Source: a virus. From it: a stretch of DNA of 64,000 bases. The position numbers and the translations under genes were made by a program. Below, in pieces: positions 1 through 9,693 of the stretch (position 1 is the stretch's first letter; every line of letters begins with the position of its first letter). The stretch lies in the IMG/VR virus record IMGVR_UViG_3300013006_000018. The stretch is one strand, 5' to 3'. The notes beneath the pieces were generated by a model. It saw only the letters and a list, made by a program, of their open reading frames with translations. It searched no databases and had not been told where the DNA came from.

Positions 1-2390
1 GCTGAAGATACAGGCTCTATGATAGTACTATTTGAATTACGATAGTAGAGATCACCATAGTTAACAAAATTTGTATGATATATGTCTTGCTTTTCCAGGA
101 TTGAATCCTGGTTATCGGCGTACAACGTTGTCCGACCAGGTATTCTTAAATTAATAAAATTTGAACGCTCAGTATATAGCGGTTCATTAAAGCTTACAGG
201 GCTACCACAAGGTGACGTTCCGTTTACTAGAAATACAAACCCATCTATACTAGTCACATTAGAAAGCGGTGCTTGATATGTAAAATCTGGAGGATAACCA
301 TAAACAGGTCTATAGCCTGGTGCTGTAGGGTTTGCTGCACCATCAATGAGTTCGCTATAGTAAACCCTATAGGAAGCAGGGTTAAAGCTTGGATTATCGC
401 TCGGATAGTCTATAAGTTCTGCAGATGTCTGTGAAACAAAAGTTAAACCATCCTTATAATTACAACTATAAAACGTCTCTACAGTCTCAGAGCAGAATAT
501 TTCTGGTAAAAAATTATATGAAACAATATTAGTAAATTCGCCTTCTGGTAAACCGAAAGTAGGTACCCCATCATTATAATAAAAAGTGGAAAGCGGTGAC
601 TGATCTGTATAACGCTTTAGTGGGTAGTCTGTATAAGAATAAGGAATATAGTATCCAGTACCTGGTGGCATATTAGTAGTTGTTTTTAACTCAAAATTAT
701 ATATAAAGGGATTTAAGGCCCCGCCATTAATAATAGAACAAAGTTTTAATCCTTCAGATTCTTTTTGTCCAACTACAGAAGGAAGTACCGCCAGAGGCTG
801 TACGAACTTAAATAGCCCGTAGCTATTACCGTAAACATCTGATTTAAATTGAACAAGACTTTTATTTGTCGGTATGAGGGTCTTACTTCTGTTATTTATA
901 GGAAATTTATCAGCGGGTATTAAAGGGTATACATCTTCGTTAGCCCATACATTCTTAAGATATGAAGTAAAGAAATCTTGAGGGTCGGATTGTCTGTGTA
1001 TTCCGTAGTTAATATACTCCAGGGACTGCTCCCTTGACTGATAAGCTCTAAATGTTTGTAGTTTACTATCTGTATATACATCACCAAACCGATATTGATT
1101 TGAAATATCAATTTTATTGAAATAGTTATATTCAATAAATTTTAAGGGCGAATTAAATTCTTCTAGGGTAGTATTAGATATATTACCGTACTTGGATGGA
1201 TCGGGAAATATATAGACAGAATTAGGAGCTAAGGTATCATAATTAAAATATGGTGTAAAGTTGAATGATGTAAATACGGATAACCCTAGTTTATCTGGTT
1301 TAAAGAACCCGCCAACCTCTTTTAATGTCTTTTGATTATTGGTGTCCTCTAGAACAGCAACAGTAGGATATCGCTTATTTACATAATTGGCATATGAATT
1401 TTTTGCTTTATAAACAATACCTGAAACATAATCATAGATAGTTGAACCAGTAGAGACATAGTAAAAATCTGTACCAATATATTTTTCAATTCCTAATTTT
1501 TTAATGTTTAAATTTAAATTTTCATTGGTACCAGTGTTAACAGTATTAATAAAATCACTATCTTTTAAAAAGTAAAATTGTTCGGCAGATGAAGCCGGTG
1601 GTGTAATAGTAAAATTGTTTGTGCCTAATTCTTCTAAGAAGAATGGATAACTTGTAATGGCTTGTATTATTGATCTTGAAAAATCTAACGAAACATACGG
1701 GTCACTATCATAAACGTTTAATTCAAAGTAAGTTTTCCTATCTCCGGAAGGATTATATGCCGTTAAAGGGACGTTGGGGCTAATATCATAATAATAGTCT
1801 GATGTATCATATAACTCCTCAACACCGATATTTAAATTATTTCGTATATCAGAAAGAGAGACATTTAGTGTCTTGATGATATCGGTTATATCTGCTGCTT
1901 CTAATGCTTTTGATATTTCATTATAGATACCTTTTTGTATACCGTAGTTTGATCCACGTAAATTATTCTTAATCGGCGCGGTCTTGACGTCATCTCTAAG
2001 TGTACTATAATAAAGACATATTTCTTTAATTTTCTTCGCAAAAAAAGGAATTACAGTTACTAATTCTCTATTATTATTAAAATCTATATTAGTTAAAAAC
2101 CGTTTTTCATCCGGTGTTATATAGTTTAAGACGATTTCCTTGAGAAGAGTTACATATAGGTCCTTTATAGACGTATTATTTGTAAGTTCTTTATTATTCT
2201 GTACACTATACCAGATGTTTAAATATGTTTGGTATCTATTTAGAAATATTTCAGCTGTATCAAAAATCTTATTATTGTATGTTAACCACTGTTTAAAGGT
2301 AAAGGGTGATGTCTTGTCTAAGCCTGATTTATTGCCAGACGTAATAGACACTTCCAGTGTATTACTCTGTAGTTCAAGTATATCAGGCAT
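1..2390 (-). CDS. large virion/baseplate-associated protein, partial (runs off the window start; absent from ORF track)
   Basis: Manual translation from ATG 2390 (MPDILELQSNTLEVSITSGNK...FKQWL...VIPFFAKKIKEICLYY...); frame still open where checked (VWANEDVYPLIP near 950); AATAAATA 5 nt upstream; lies in the structural cluster. Confidence 0.7.
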   Translation of the reverse strand, partial: MPDILELQSNTLEVSITSGNKSGLDKTSPFTFKQWLTYNNKIFDTAEIFLNRYQTYLNIWYSVQNNKELTNNTSIKDLYVTLLKEIVLNYITPDEKRFLTNIDFNNNRELVTVIPFFAKKIKEICLYYSTLRDDVKTAPIKNNLRGSNYGIQKGIYNEISKALEAADITDIIKTLNVSLSDIRNNLNIGVEELYDTSDYYYDISPNVPLTAYNPSGDRKTYFELNVYDSDPYVSLDFSRSIIQAITSYPFFLEELGTNNFTITPPASSAEQFYFLKDSDFINTVNTGTNENLNLNIKKLGIEKYIGTDFYYVSTGSTIYDYVSGIVYKAKNSYANYVNKRYPTVAVLEDTNNQKTLKEVGGFFKPDKLGLSVFTSFNFTPYFNYDTLAPNSVYIFPDPSKYGNISNTTLEEFNSPLKFIEYNYFNKIDISNQYRFGDVYTDSKLQTFRAYQSREQSLEYINYGIHRQSDPQDFFTSYLKNVWANEDVYPLIPADKFPINNRSKTLIPTNKSLVQFKSDVYGNSYGLFKFVQPLAVLPSVVGQKESEGLKLCSIINGGALNPFIYNFELKTTTNMPPGTGYYIPYSYTDYPLKRYTDQSPLSTFYYNDGVPTFGLPEGEFTNIVSYNFLPEIFCSETVETFYSCNYKDGLTFVSQTSAELIDYPSDNPSFNPASYRVYYSELIDGAANPTAPGYRPVYGYPPDFTYQAPLSNVTSIDGFVFLVNGTSPCGSPVSFNEPLYTERSNFINLRIPGRTTLYADNQDSILEKQDIYHTNFVNYGDLYYRNSNSTIIEPVSS

Positions 2391-2423
2391 TTAATTATTT
2401 ATTAAAAACCTTGTTTTTGTGTT

Positions 2424-2609
2424 TTAAATGTCGGTAGGGTCAGAACTAAAGCAATCTTCTATGTTAAAATTCACAAAAGACATATCGGCCAATTCATCAC
2501 TCGTAAAAAATTCACTAACAGCTATTTCTTCGTCCGGGGTTAATGCTTGATTGTTATCATGTTTTTCTTTTAAGAAATTAAATACTTCTGTTTTATTATT
2601 AAAGTTCAT
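2424..2609 (-). CDS. small acidic hypothetical protein (late)
   Basis: 61-aa ORF fills the gap between two large genes; TAAATA 5 nt upstream of ATG. Confidence 0.55.
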   Translation of the reverse strand: MNFNNKTEVFNFLKEKHDNNQALTPDEEIAVSEFFTSDELADMSFVNFNIEDCFSSDPTDI

Positions 2610-2623
2610 AAAATTATTTAATT

Positions 2624-5173
2624 TTAATAAACAAGCAATCTAGCGCTCATCATCGAATGTAGACCGCATTGCAGATAATATGTCCCTGAATTTGGTACCG
2701 TCCAAGTCATCGTACCGGTTGTGGCGCCGTTGTTTTCAACACCAGCAGTTACATTTGAACTAGGTGGGTTACCGGTGTTACCTTCGGTTTCTACTATATA
2801 AAGAGGATGTTCACCACCAAAATTACCTCTTACAAAGGAGTATGTTAATCCTTTTTTCAGAATAATATCCTTACCGGAATTAAGAGATGTTTTTCCGGCT
2901 ACTCGGTATGTATTACCGTAAAACCCGATATCAAAAGGAGCGCCCATCCCGTTTGAATATATGTTGTAAATAAGAGGTGAGAATGTATCTGATTTACTAA
3001 AATTGACTATATAACCTAAATCCTTTAACGCACCTAATGTTATTTTAGAACAGGGCATATCATATGAACCCTCTGAAATAGGTGTCATAAGTTCATCGTT
3101 CAAGCAAGGTGCTCCTGGTGTACTGCTGCCATAATATTTTCTATCATCATTACCCACGCTACCACCATTGAAACCTTCATCCCAATGTGATCCAATAGAA
3201 CCAAACCCTAAACCGTTTTCAACTGGAATGGCGCTAAGATTTAAATTAAATGCAGTATTATATGCACTCACAGCATGAGAAGAGCTAACCGCTGTATTAT
3301 ATAAATTAAATGCGGCAGGGTAATCAGCATCTCCAATATAAGAATAATTATTACCTATTGTTGTAAGTTTACCGATATCTGTACTTGTTCGGCTATGGTT
3401 AAGAGTACTTAGTGAGTAGAAGAAATTAGCGCTTAACCCAAGACCAAGAGGGTTCTCAGTTGTATCACCTCCCCCTACTATATAACAACTATATAAATTT
3501 AAACCGCTTCTGGAGTACCATAATGAACCTACACCGAGGGCGTGAGCTAATTCATGTAATACTGTGTAATAAAACCCATTCTTACCGCCTGCAGTACTCA
3601 GAGCTAGATACTGTGAATTATAATAGGTATTTAAATACAAATAAGATCTATAAGGAATACCGTATTGCGAGGTGTACAGTTCTGAACTTCTTCTTACCGC
3701 ATTAATACCGCAGGCACCTAAAGTTCCATTGTTACCTGCGTTACTGGCAGTTATAAATACCATTAAAGATGTATTACCAGCTGCGATTAGAGGGTTAGGA
3801 ACATATTCAGATCCTGTATAAACTGTTGATGCTTCGGCTTTTGAATTAAACGTACTGCCGGATAATGCTAGTCCCCAGAAGTCTAGAGCAGATAAAATAT
3901 TATTCGTAGCGGTTGTATCAAACCCGGGTGATTTATCTAGAATAGCAGAAATAGGATATCCGATAGAAACATACACATCCTCACCGCTGTTTTTATAATT
4001 AACATAATAATTGCCTTGTCCTCTATACCCATTTGAAGGGCCTGAAGTTGATGGTGTAACTTGAGGGGTAGCTGAAGGAGTTGGTGTAACAGAGGGTGGA
4101 GTAGTAGATGGTGTTGGTGTGGGTGTTGTAGTAGGTGTAATTGCTGGTGTGGAAGTCGAAGAAGGGGGTGTAGGAGAAGGTGTCTTCGTCTGTGTCATTG
4201 TTAAGGTTGGTGTCGGAGTAGGATTCGAGGTTGCAGAAGGCGTTGCCCCGGGTGGTAGGGTATTGGTAGGTGTTAATGTAGGTGTTCTTGTTGGTGTACC
4301 TGTCGGTGTTGGTGTAACCCCTGTACTAAAATATACATTTCCTGCAGTGAATACACCAAAGAATTGCGGGTAATCATAACCAAAATTACTTAAACTATAA
4401 CCAAACGGTGATCCAATTCTAGCACCTGTAAAGTCAATTTGTATACGGGCTGCACCATCAACCCAGATACGCATTGGAGGAATTGAAGGTAATCCGCCTT
4501 GACCGGTATTGCTAAAGTAGAATTTATCTTGATAATTATTTTCTGAGAACATCGTTACATCATCGGTGGTGGTATTACCGATAACGTTATAATTAAAAGG
4601 GTTAGGCGTTACCGTCGGCGTAACTGTTGGTGTGAGGGTTGGTGTACTTGTGGGCCCTGGTGTCTCTGTTGGTCCTGGTGTCTCTGTTGGTGTTGGTGAG
4701 ACTTGCGGTGTACTAGATTGCGATGGGGTTACAGAGGGTGTTGCTCCAATTGTTAGAGAAGGGGTTGGTGTATTTGTTGTGGTGGGTGTAACAGCAGGTG
4801 TACTAGTCGAAGTAGGTGTAGCGGTTAGTGTTTCTTGTGGGGTAGGTGTACATGTTTTTGTAGGAGTTACTGTATTAGTTGGTGTCTTTGTTATTGTAGG
4901 GGTAGGCGTGGGTGATTTTGTGAGAGAAGGTGTCGGTGTGTTTGTAGCTGTCTGCGATGGTGTAACCGATGCTGTCGGTGTGTTGGTCGGTGTTATTGAA
5001 GGTGTTGGAGAATTTGAAGGGGTGGGTGTTACAGGTATGCCGATATCACTATTACCAGCACCACCGCGCTGCATAACATTATTAAAGCTGATTCTATTAA
5101 TACGACTTTGTCGTGCAGCATTATTAGCATCAATACCTTCAAAAATCCGTGTGTTAGGTCTAACGATAGCCAT
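2624..5173 (-). CDS. Thr/Pro-stalk virion protein with leishmanolysin (M8)-like zinc metalloprotease and C-terminal cupredoxin-like domain
   Basis: Two long TP-repeat tracts; HELAHALG (HExxH), GSHWDE (third His), ELMTP (Met-turn); C-terminal HPLY...YYLQCGLHSMM; TATAAATA late promoter. Confidence 0.75.
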   Translation of the reverse strand: MAIVRPNTRIFEGIDANNAARQSRINRISFNNVMQRGGAGNSDIGIPVTPTPSNSPTPSITPTNTPTASVTPSQTATNTPTPSLTKSPTPTPTITKTPTNTVTPTKTCTPTPQETLTATPTSTSTPAVTPTTTNTPTPSLTIGATPSVTPSQSSTPQVSPTPTETPGPTETPGPTSTPTLTPTVTPTVTPNPFNYNVIGNTTTDDVTMFSENNYQDKFYFSNTGQGGLPSIPPMRIWVDGAARIQIDFTGARIGSPFGYSLSNFGYDYPQFFGVFTAGNVYFSTGVTPTPTGTPTRTPTLTPTNTLPPGATPSATSNPTPTPTLTMTQTKTPSPTPPSSTSTPAITPTTTPTPTPSTTPPSVTPTPSATPQVTPSTSGPSNGYRGQGNYYVNYKNSGEDVYVSIGYPISAILDKSPGFDTTATNNILSALDFWGLALSGSTFNSKAEASTVYTGSEYVPNPLIAAGNTSLMVFITASNAGNNGTLGACGINAVRRSSELYTSQYGIPYRSYLYLNTYYNSQYLALSTAGGKNGFYYTVLHELAHALGVGSLWYSRSGLNLYSCYIVGGGDTTENPLGLGLSANFFYSLSTLNHSRTSTDIGKLTTIGNNYSYIGDADYPAAFNLYNTAVSSSHAVSAYNTAFNLNLSAIPVENGLGFGSIGSHWDEGFNGGSVGNDDRKYYGSSTPGAPCLNDELMTPISEGSYDMPCSKITLGALKDLGYIVNFSKSDTFSPLIYNIYSNGMGAPFDIGFYGNTYRVAGKTSLNSGKDIILKKGLTYSFVRGNFGGEHPLYIVETEGNTGNPPSSNVTAGVENNGATTGTMTWTVPNSGTYYLQCGLHSMMSARLLVY

Positions 5174-5423
5174 TTATATTATTTATATTATGTGATTTGA
5201 AAATTATCACTAATTGTATCATAACCTATACCATTAAACATCCCTGGTGTGGGGGTTATAGAAGGAGTAATTGACGGTGTTATTGTCACGGAAGGAGTTA
5301 TTGAGGCGGTTACAGTTACTGTGGGGGTTATTGTAGGTGTTGGTGTATTTGTTGCTGTCTGCGACGGTGTAACTGATGCTGTCGGCGTTTTGGTCGGTGT
5401 TATTGAAGGTGTTGGAGAATTTG
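4929..5423. repeat. 88-bp segment duplicated between the two TP-stalk genes (4929-5016 and 5336-5423)
   Basis: Manual alignment: 7 mismatches in 88 nt, last 34 nt identical. Confidence 0.85.
5180..5187 (-). promoter_or_regulatory. gp55-type late promoter TATAAATA
   Basis: Exact T4 late consensus 6 nt upstream of ATG 5173; gp55 is encoded in the window. Confidence 0.75.
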
Positions 5424-6261
5424 TCAGTGTATTTGTCGGTGTTACTGTAGGTGTTGCTGTTGCTGTTGGTGTCGCTGTTTGTGTAGGTGTTTGTGTTTGC
5501 GTCTGAGTAGGTGTCTGTGTTTGCGTCTGAGTAGGTGTTTGTGTTTGAGTCTTTGTTGGGGTTGCTGTGACAGCAATAGTTGGAGTAACGGAAGGAGTGA
5601 CTGTAGGTGTAAAAGTATTTGTTGGTGTTACTGAAGGTGTATTTGTGTTAGTCGGTGTTATGGACGGTGTGTTAGTATTTGTAGGTGTTACTGTAGGTGT
5701 ATTTGTGTTAGTCGGTGTTATGGACGGTGTGTTAGTATTTGTAGGTGTATTGGTTTGTGTTTGTGTGGTTGTTGGTGTTGGTGTTTTTGTAACGGTTACT
5801 GTGGGTGTTGATGTTTTAGTAACAGAAGGTGTAATGGTTTGTGTCTGTGTGGATGTAATTGAAGGGGTCGGTGTAGATGCAGATGTAGTGGACGGTGTAT
5901 TTGTATTCGTGGGTGTAGCAGTCGGTGTTGGTGTTGGATAAAGTGTATTTGTGGGGGTAGCTGTTTGTGTAATAGTTGGTGTAGGTGTTCTTGTCTGGGT
6001 AATTGACGGTGTTATTGTTGTGGTAGGTGTAGGTGTTGATGTAGTATATGGTGATTCTGTTGGGGTAGCAGTTTGCGTACTGGTAATGGTCGGTGTTGGT
6101 GTATATGTGTTTGAAGGAGTCGGTGTAGGGGGTATGGCTACATCACGCGCAACACTATCACTGCCTAGAATCGCTTTAAAATTTGGCTGTAATCTATTTG
6201 TTCTATCTTTTCGTATATAGTTATTTTTATTAATAACTTCTCTAATAGGTAATATAGCCAT
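5188..6261 (-). CDS. mucin-like Thr/Pro-repeat virion protein, paralog of 2624..5173
   Basis: Almost entirely TP repeats; N-terminus similar to neighbour (MAI..NN..R..R.NR...IP.TPTPSN). Confidence 0.75.
   Translation of the reverse strand: MAILPIREVINKNNYIRKDRTNRLQPNFKAILGSDSVARDVAIPPTPTPSNTYTPTPTITSTQTATPTESPYTTSTPTPTTTITPSITQTRTPTPTITQTATPTNTLYPTPTPTATPTNTNTPSTTSASTPTPSITSTQTQTITPSVTKTSTPTVTVTKTPTPTTTQTQTNTPTNTNTPSITPTNTNTPTVTPTNTNTPSITPTNTNTPSVTPTNTFTPTVTPSVTPTIAVTATPTKTQTQTPTQTQTQTPTQTQTQTPTQTATPTATATPTVTPTNTLTNSPTPSITPTKTPTASVTPSQTATNTPTPTITPTVTVTASITPSVTITPSITPSITPTPGMFNGIGYDTISDNFQIT
5636..5748. repeat. 60-bp-period tandem duplication inside TP-repeat gene
   Basis: ggtgtatttgtgttagtcggtgttatggacggtgtgttagtatttgtaggtgt occurs at 5636 and 5696. 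Confidence 0.85.
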
Positions 6262-6264
6262 ATA

Positions 6265-9200
6265 TTACCCTAGAACGTTTAATCCTTTTGTAAGATAATA
6301 GGATAAAATATTGCTGACAATTCCTTCGTCTGAAACCCAGCTTGTATAGGAGCTGTTTGCTGGTGCAAGAGTTGTTAGATCATCTTGCCAGTTAATAATA
6401 TTGTTGTAATAAGAGTTTTCATAACGTGGTATAAAATTATAAAATTTATAATAGTTACCTATATAGCTGCCTGAAACGCTATCTGAGGCCACTAATCCCC
6501 AGCCCCACATAGAAGAATAATTAGATAGCGGGAAACTATTTGTTGAATTGTATATTTTATTTGTATTTACTACAGTATAAGTATCGGAGAAAATTTCATA
6601 AGCTACAATAGGTGTACCGCCAGAGATAGAACTTGTGAGTGTTGATAACTCAGTACCTCTATTAATAGCAAAATACGGACTATTAATAGTACCCTTATCA
6701 TAAAAGTTTAAATCAAATTTATTTTGATCGCCCCACAACCCTTTATGTTTAATAGAAAGTAGATCTACTAATCTTCTAACTTTAGGAGGGAAAGGATAAT
6801 TATAATTTTCAAATTGTACTCCAAGTTCATAACAAAAAGATACAAGAGAATCAACACTGCATTTATCAAGATCACTATTATTGTCAATAAAGTTAGCTAT
6901 TTTTTCATATACTGTCTTACCAAGGGATTCAGGAGCAGAACTTAATCCACCTACTATGGTTCCTAAGAAATCATTAAAGAGGGTGTTATAGCTAAATAAA
7001 TAGTCTTGAAATGTAATTTGCTTGTAATAATCTGCCATATCGAAGTTTTCATTAATTTTTGAAATATTATATTTACCGGTATCAGGATATAAATTAAAGA
7101 CGTTTGATATGCCTGTAATTGTTCTTCTTAGAGCTTCAGAAAACATATATTTGTTAATCCATCTGAACCCGTTCCAATCTCCATAAGCTTGGTACCTATT
7201 TTCTTCCCATGCAGATAGAGGATACTCAGGGCCACCCGCAAGATCAGGTAAGCTTGAAGTATTATTTATAAGATACGGTTCGTTCAAGGCATCTACATAG
7301 TATATTTTTCTATCAAAATTATTAATGGCCCATATATACTGCGCCGTATCGCAAACTATACCGTCTATACTCTGTATGTGGTTTGTATTATTTGCAGATC
7401 CAACACTGACATCTGTTTTATAACCTGTATATGAATCAACACGAGTAATTGTATCCCTATCGTGCGATACCCATGCATTTTGTCCGCCGTCGACACAGAT
7501 GTTACCTATTAATCTAAAGCCGCTAAGAGGATAACCGGGTACTATATCACCGTAAGTGTCAAATTTAAACAAATAATCATTACGTGCAGAAAGATTATAT
7601 GCACTAACAGTTGTGTTGTTTAAGCATGTCAACCAAACGTTCTTATTTCTATCGACACATAATTCTACAGGTGAAAACAAAGGAGGCATTACAATAGTTC
7701 GTAGTAAAGAACCCGTAGTACTATATTTCACGACTAATGAGCTCACCGGGTGGGTGTATGCAACCCATAGATTATTTTCAAAGTCAGTATCAACAGATGC
7801 AGGTAAAAGAGTATTTTCACCAGCGAACCCACTAAGTTGCGGTAAAGTATAATCACTACTAAGCTGGTAAACTAGATTTTGATAACTTGGATATGCAACG
7901 TTTGTTATAACACCGGACAGCGCATGTATTTTTACAACAGAAACGCTATCAAATAATGATACCCATATATTTGATTCGCCGTCTAACGCTATACTATTAG
8001 GAGCTGCACTATTTAAAATAGGTGATCGGTAGTTAAGATACTCAACATTACCGGCAACATCTACTATAGTTTTATAATTAGTAAAGTCAAACGCAGAAAC
8101 AATATTACCTGTAGTAGCGTCCAACTTTATAAGAGTATCTGCAACACCGTCCGCCACCCATGGTCTATAATCTTCTCCTATACCAGCACCCGATATAGCA
8201 CATGCAATTGCATATTGGTTTCTGTTTGGTTCGACATCTATGTTTGTTCTAAGAGATGAAAGAAATATACCTACAGTGCCTAAGCAGTTACTAATTATTT
8301 GTTGCCTGAAGAAACGCCCTATATACCTAGATTGCGGTTGTGCGATCCAGGATATTAAAGTATCTTTGGGAAAGTTTATAGGGTCTTCTACTAGAACGGA
8401 TGCGGTTAGAACAACACTTTCAACAGAGTAAGGACTTTTAAAATAACCTTTAAAGAACCCACCAACAGTTTGTGGAGCTTCTATTGTAAAATCCTCGTAA
8501 AACTTAATACCTGTTAACGGTACTATTGTTTGATCATTGTAATATTTACATATCCCGAATTGTAAGTCATAAAAACCTGTTGGTGTTGTAGAGTTCGTTA
8601 TTGAAGATGATAGCGAGGAATATGTTTTTGTAGTATATCCTTCATCGTCTTTAAATTTAACAACAAAAGGTATATCGGTATTTTGCCAGCTATGAAAGGG
8701 TATATCAAAGGATGTAGAGGATAGGGCGCCTTCACCATCTATACCATTTGTTGTAATAGAAAGCTGTTGTGCCGGGTTATGCCTTACCTTTATGATAGGC
8801 ATAGTAGTGTAGTTAATATTTTGAAATCCGCCTGGGGGATAATCGACAAAATTAAAAATATTGCTGTAGGTTGAATAAAAATCTTTGAATTTACTATTAT
8901 CAATCGATGCAAAGATAATAATGGGGTTTTCACGAGATGTATAATTCTTGACTTTATCATCTACATAATGTGCTTCACATTGACCTGTTGTTCCGCAGAA
9001 GAATGATCCTAAATCATCTTTTTGACAGAGTACTATTTCCCTATTTTCGTTAATTCTGGCGTATACTTCTACGTTGTTCGTACTTAGCTTATCCACCACT
9101 ACATATTGTTCCGTATCACCTATCTTCTGTTTCGCATAAAACCTAGATAATAACCGTAAGTGTGACCATTTATCGGTGTAATAGCGACTTACGTTGAGAT

Positions 9201-9693
9201 AATCACCTGATGCACCGGAAGCATAAAAATTAATGGTATAACCTTCAGCACTTAATGCCGGCCACGATTGCCAGCTTGAAAACCTTCTAACAACTAAAGG
9301 CTCAATCAGCTTACTGGCAGGTACGTCATAAATTAGTCTCTTAAAAACTTCAAATTTTATTTCTTCATGAACAAAATCATAGATATTAATAAGAGGTTGA
9401 TAGGTGTTATCATAAGCATTCCCCGCTGCGTCAAACACCGTTAGATTAGGTTTATATACTCCGGGCCATTTATACGTATGAACCGCGGTTAAATTAGATG
9501 AATATGTCCCATCACCAAAATCCCATCTAATTTTTTTGTTAGATATATTGTTTTCTGTAGAAAGAAGTGATGAACTTGTAAAATCCGGTATAAAGGTAAG
9601 AGGTGTTATATCTAATGTGTATGATGAAAGCTGACTTCTGCCTGTAACATCTTTAACATTATAATATAGGTAAGTAAAATTAGTTGAAGCCAT
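6265..9693 (-). CDS. baseplate-associated protein with PKD domain and beta-propeller (NHL/Vgb-like) repeats; possible gp7-like wedge
   Basis: WDFGDG..HTY..PGVY PKD motif; repeated D..xNxWV units; translationally coupled downstream of gp6. Confidence 0.6.
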   Translation of the reverse strand: MASTNFTYLYYNVKDVTGRSQLSSYTLDITPLTFIPDFTSSSLLSTENNISNKKIRWDFGDGTYSSNLTAVHTYKWPGVYKPNLTVFDAAGNAYDNTYQPLINIYDFVHEEIKFEVFKRLIYDVPASKLIEPLVVRRFSSWQSWPALSAEGYTINFYASGASGDYLNVSRYYTDKWSHLRLLSRFYAKQKIGDTEQYVVVDKLSTNNVEVYARINENREIVLCQKDDLGSFFCGTTGQCEAHYVDDKVKNYTSRENPIIIFASIDNSKFKDFYSTYSNIFNFVDYPPGGFQNINYTTMPIIKVRHNPAQQLSITTNGIDGEGALSSTSFDIPFHSWQNTDIPFVVKFKDDEGYTTKTYSSLSSSITNSTTPTGFYDLQFGICKYYNDQTIVPLTGIKFYEDFTIEAPQTVGGFFKGYFKSPYSVESVVLTASVLVEDPINFPKDTLISWIAQPQSRYIGRFFRQQIISNCLGTVGIFLSSLRTNIDVEPNRNQYAIACAISGAGIGEDYRPWVADGVADTLIKLDATTGNIVSAFDFTNYKTIVDVAGNVEYLNYRSPILNSAAPNSIALDGESNIWVSLFDSVSVVKIHALSGVITNVAYPSYQNLVYQLSSDYTLPQLSGFAGENTLLPASVDTDFENNLWVAYTHPVSSLVVKYSTTGSLLRTIVMPPLFSPVELCVDRNKNVWLTCLNNTTVSAYNLSARNDYLFKFDTYGDIVPGYPLSGFRLIGNICVDGGQNAWVSHDRDTITRVDSYTGYKTDVSVGSANNTNHIQSIDGIVCDTAQYIWAINNFDRKIYYVDALNEPYLINNTSSLPDLAGGPEYPLSAWEENRYQAYGDWNGFRWINKYMFSEALRRTITGISNVFNLYPDTGKYNISKINENFDMADYYKQITFQDYLFSYNTLFNDFLGTIVGGLSSAPESLGKTVYEKIANFIDNNSDLDKCSVDSLVSFCYELGVQFENYNYPFPPKVRRLVDLLSIKHKGLWGDQNKFDLNFYDKGTINSPYFAINRGTELSTLTSSISGGTPIVAYEIFSDTYTVVNTNKIYNSTNSFPLSNYSSMWGWGLVASDSVSGSYIGNYYKFYNFIPRYENSYYNNIINWQDDLTTLAPANSSYTSWVSDEGIVSNILSYYLTKGLNVLG

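Noticed and set aside
4060-6130. GT-rich repeats as possible CRISPR array or telomere-like DNA
   Set aside because: Degenerate, codon-phased coding repeats with no constant repeat/unique spacer structure
4119-6220. Plus-strand Val/Gly-rich ORFs (also 63495..63917)
   Set aside because: Antisense shadows of Thr/Pro codon repeats; no promoter or independent evidence
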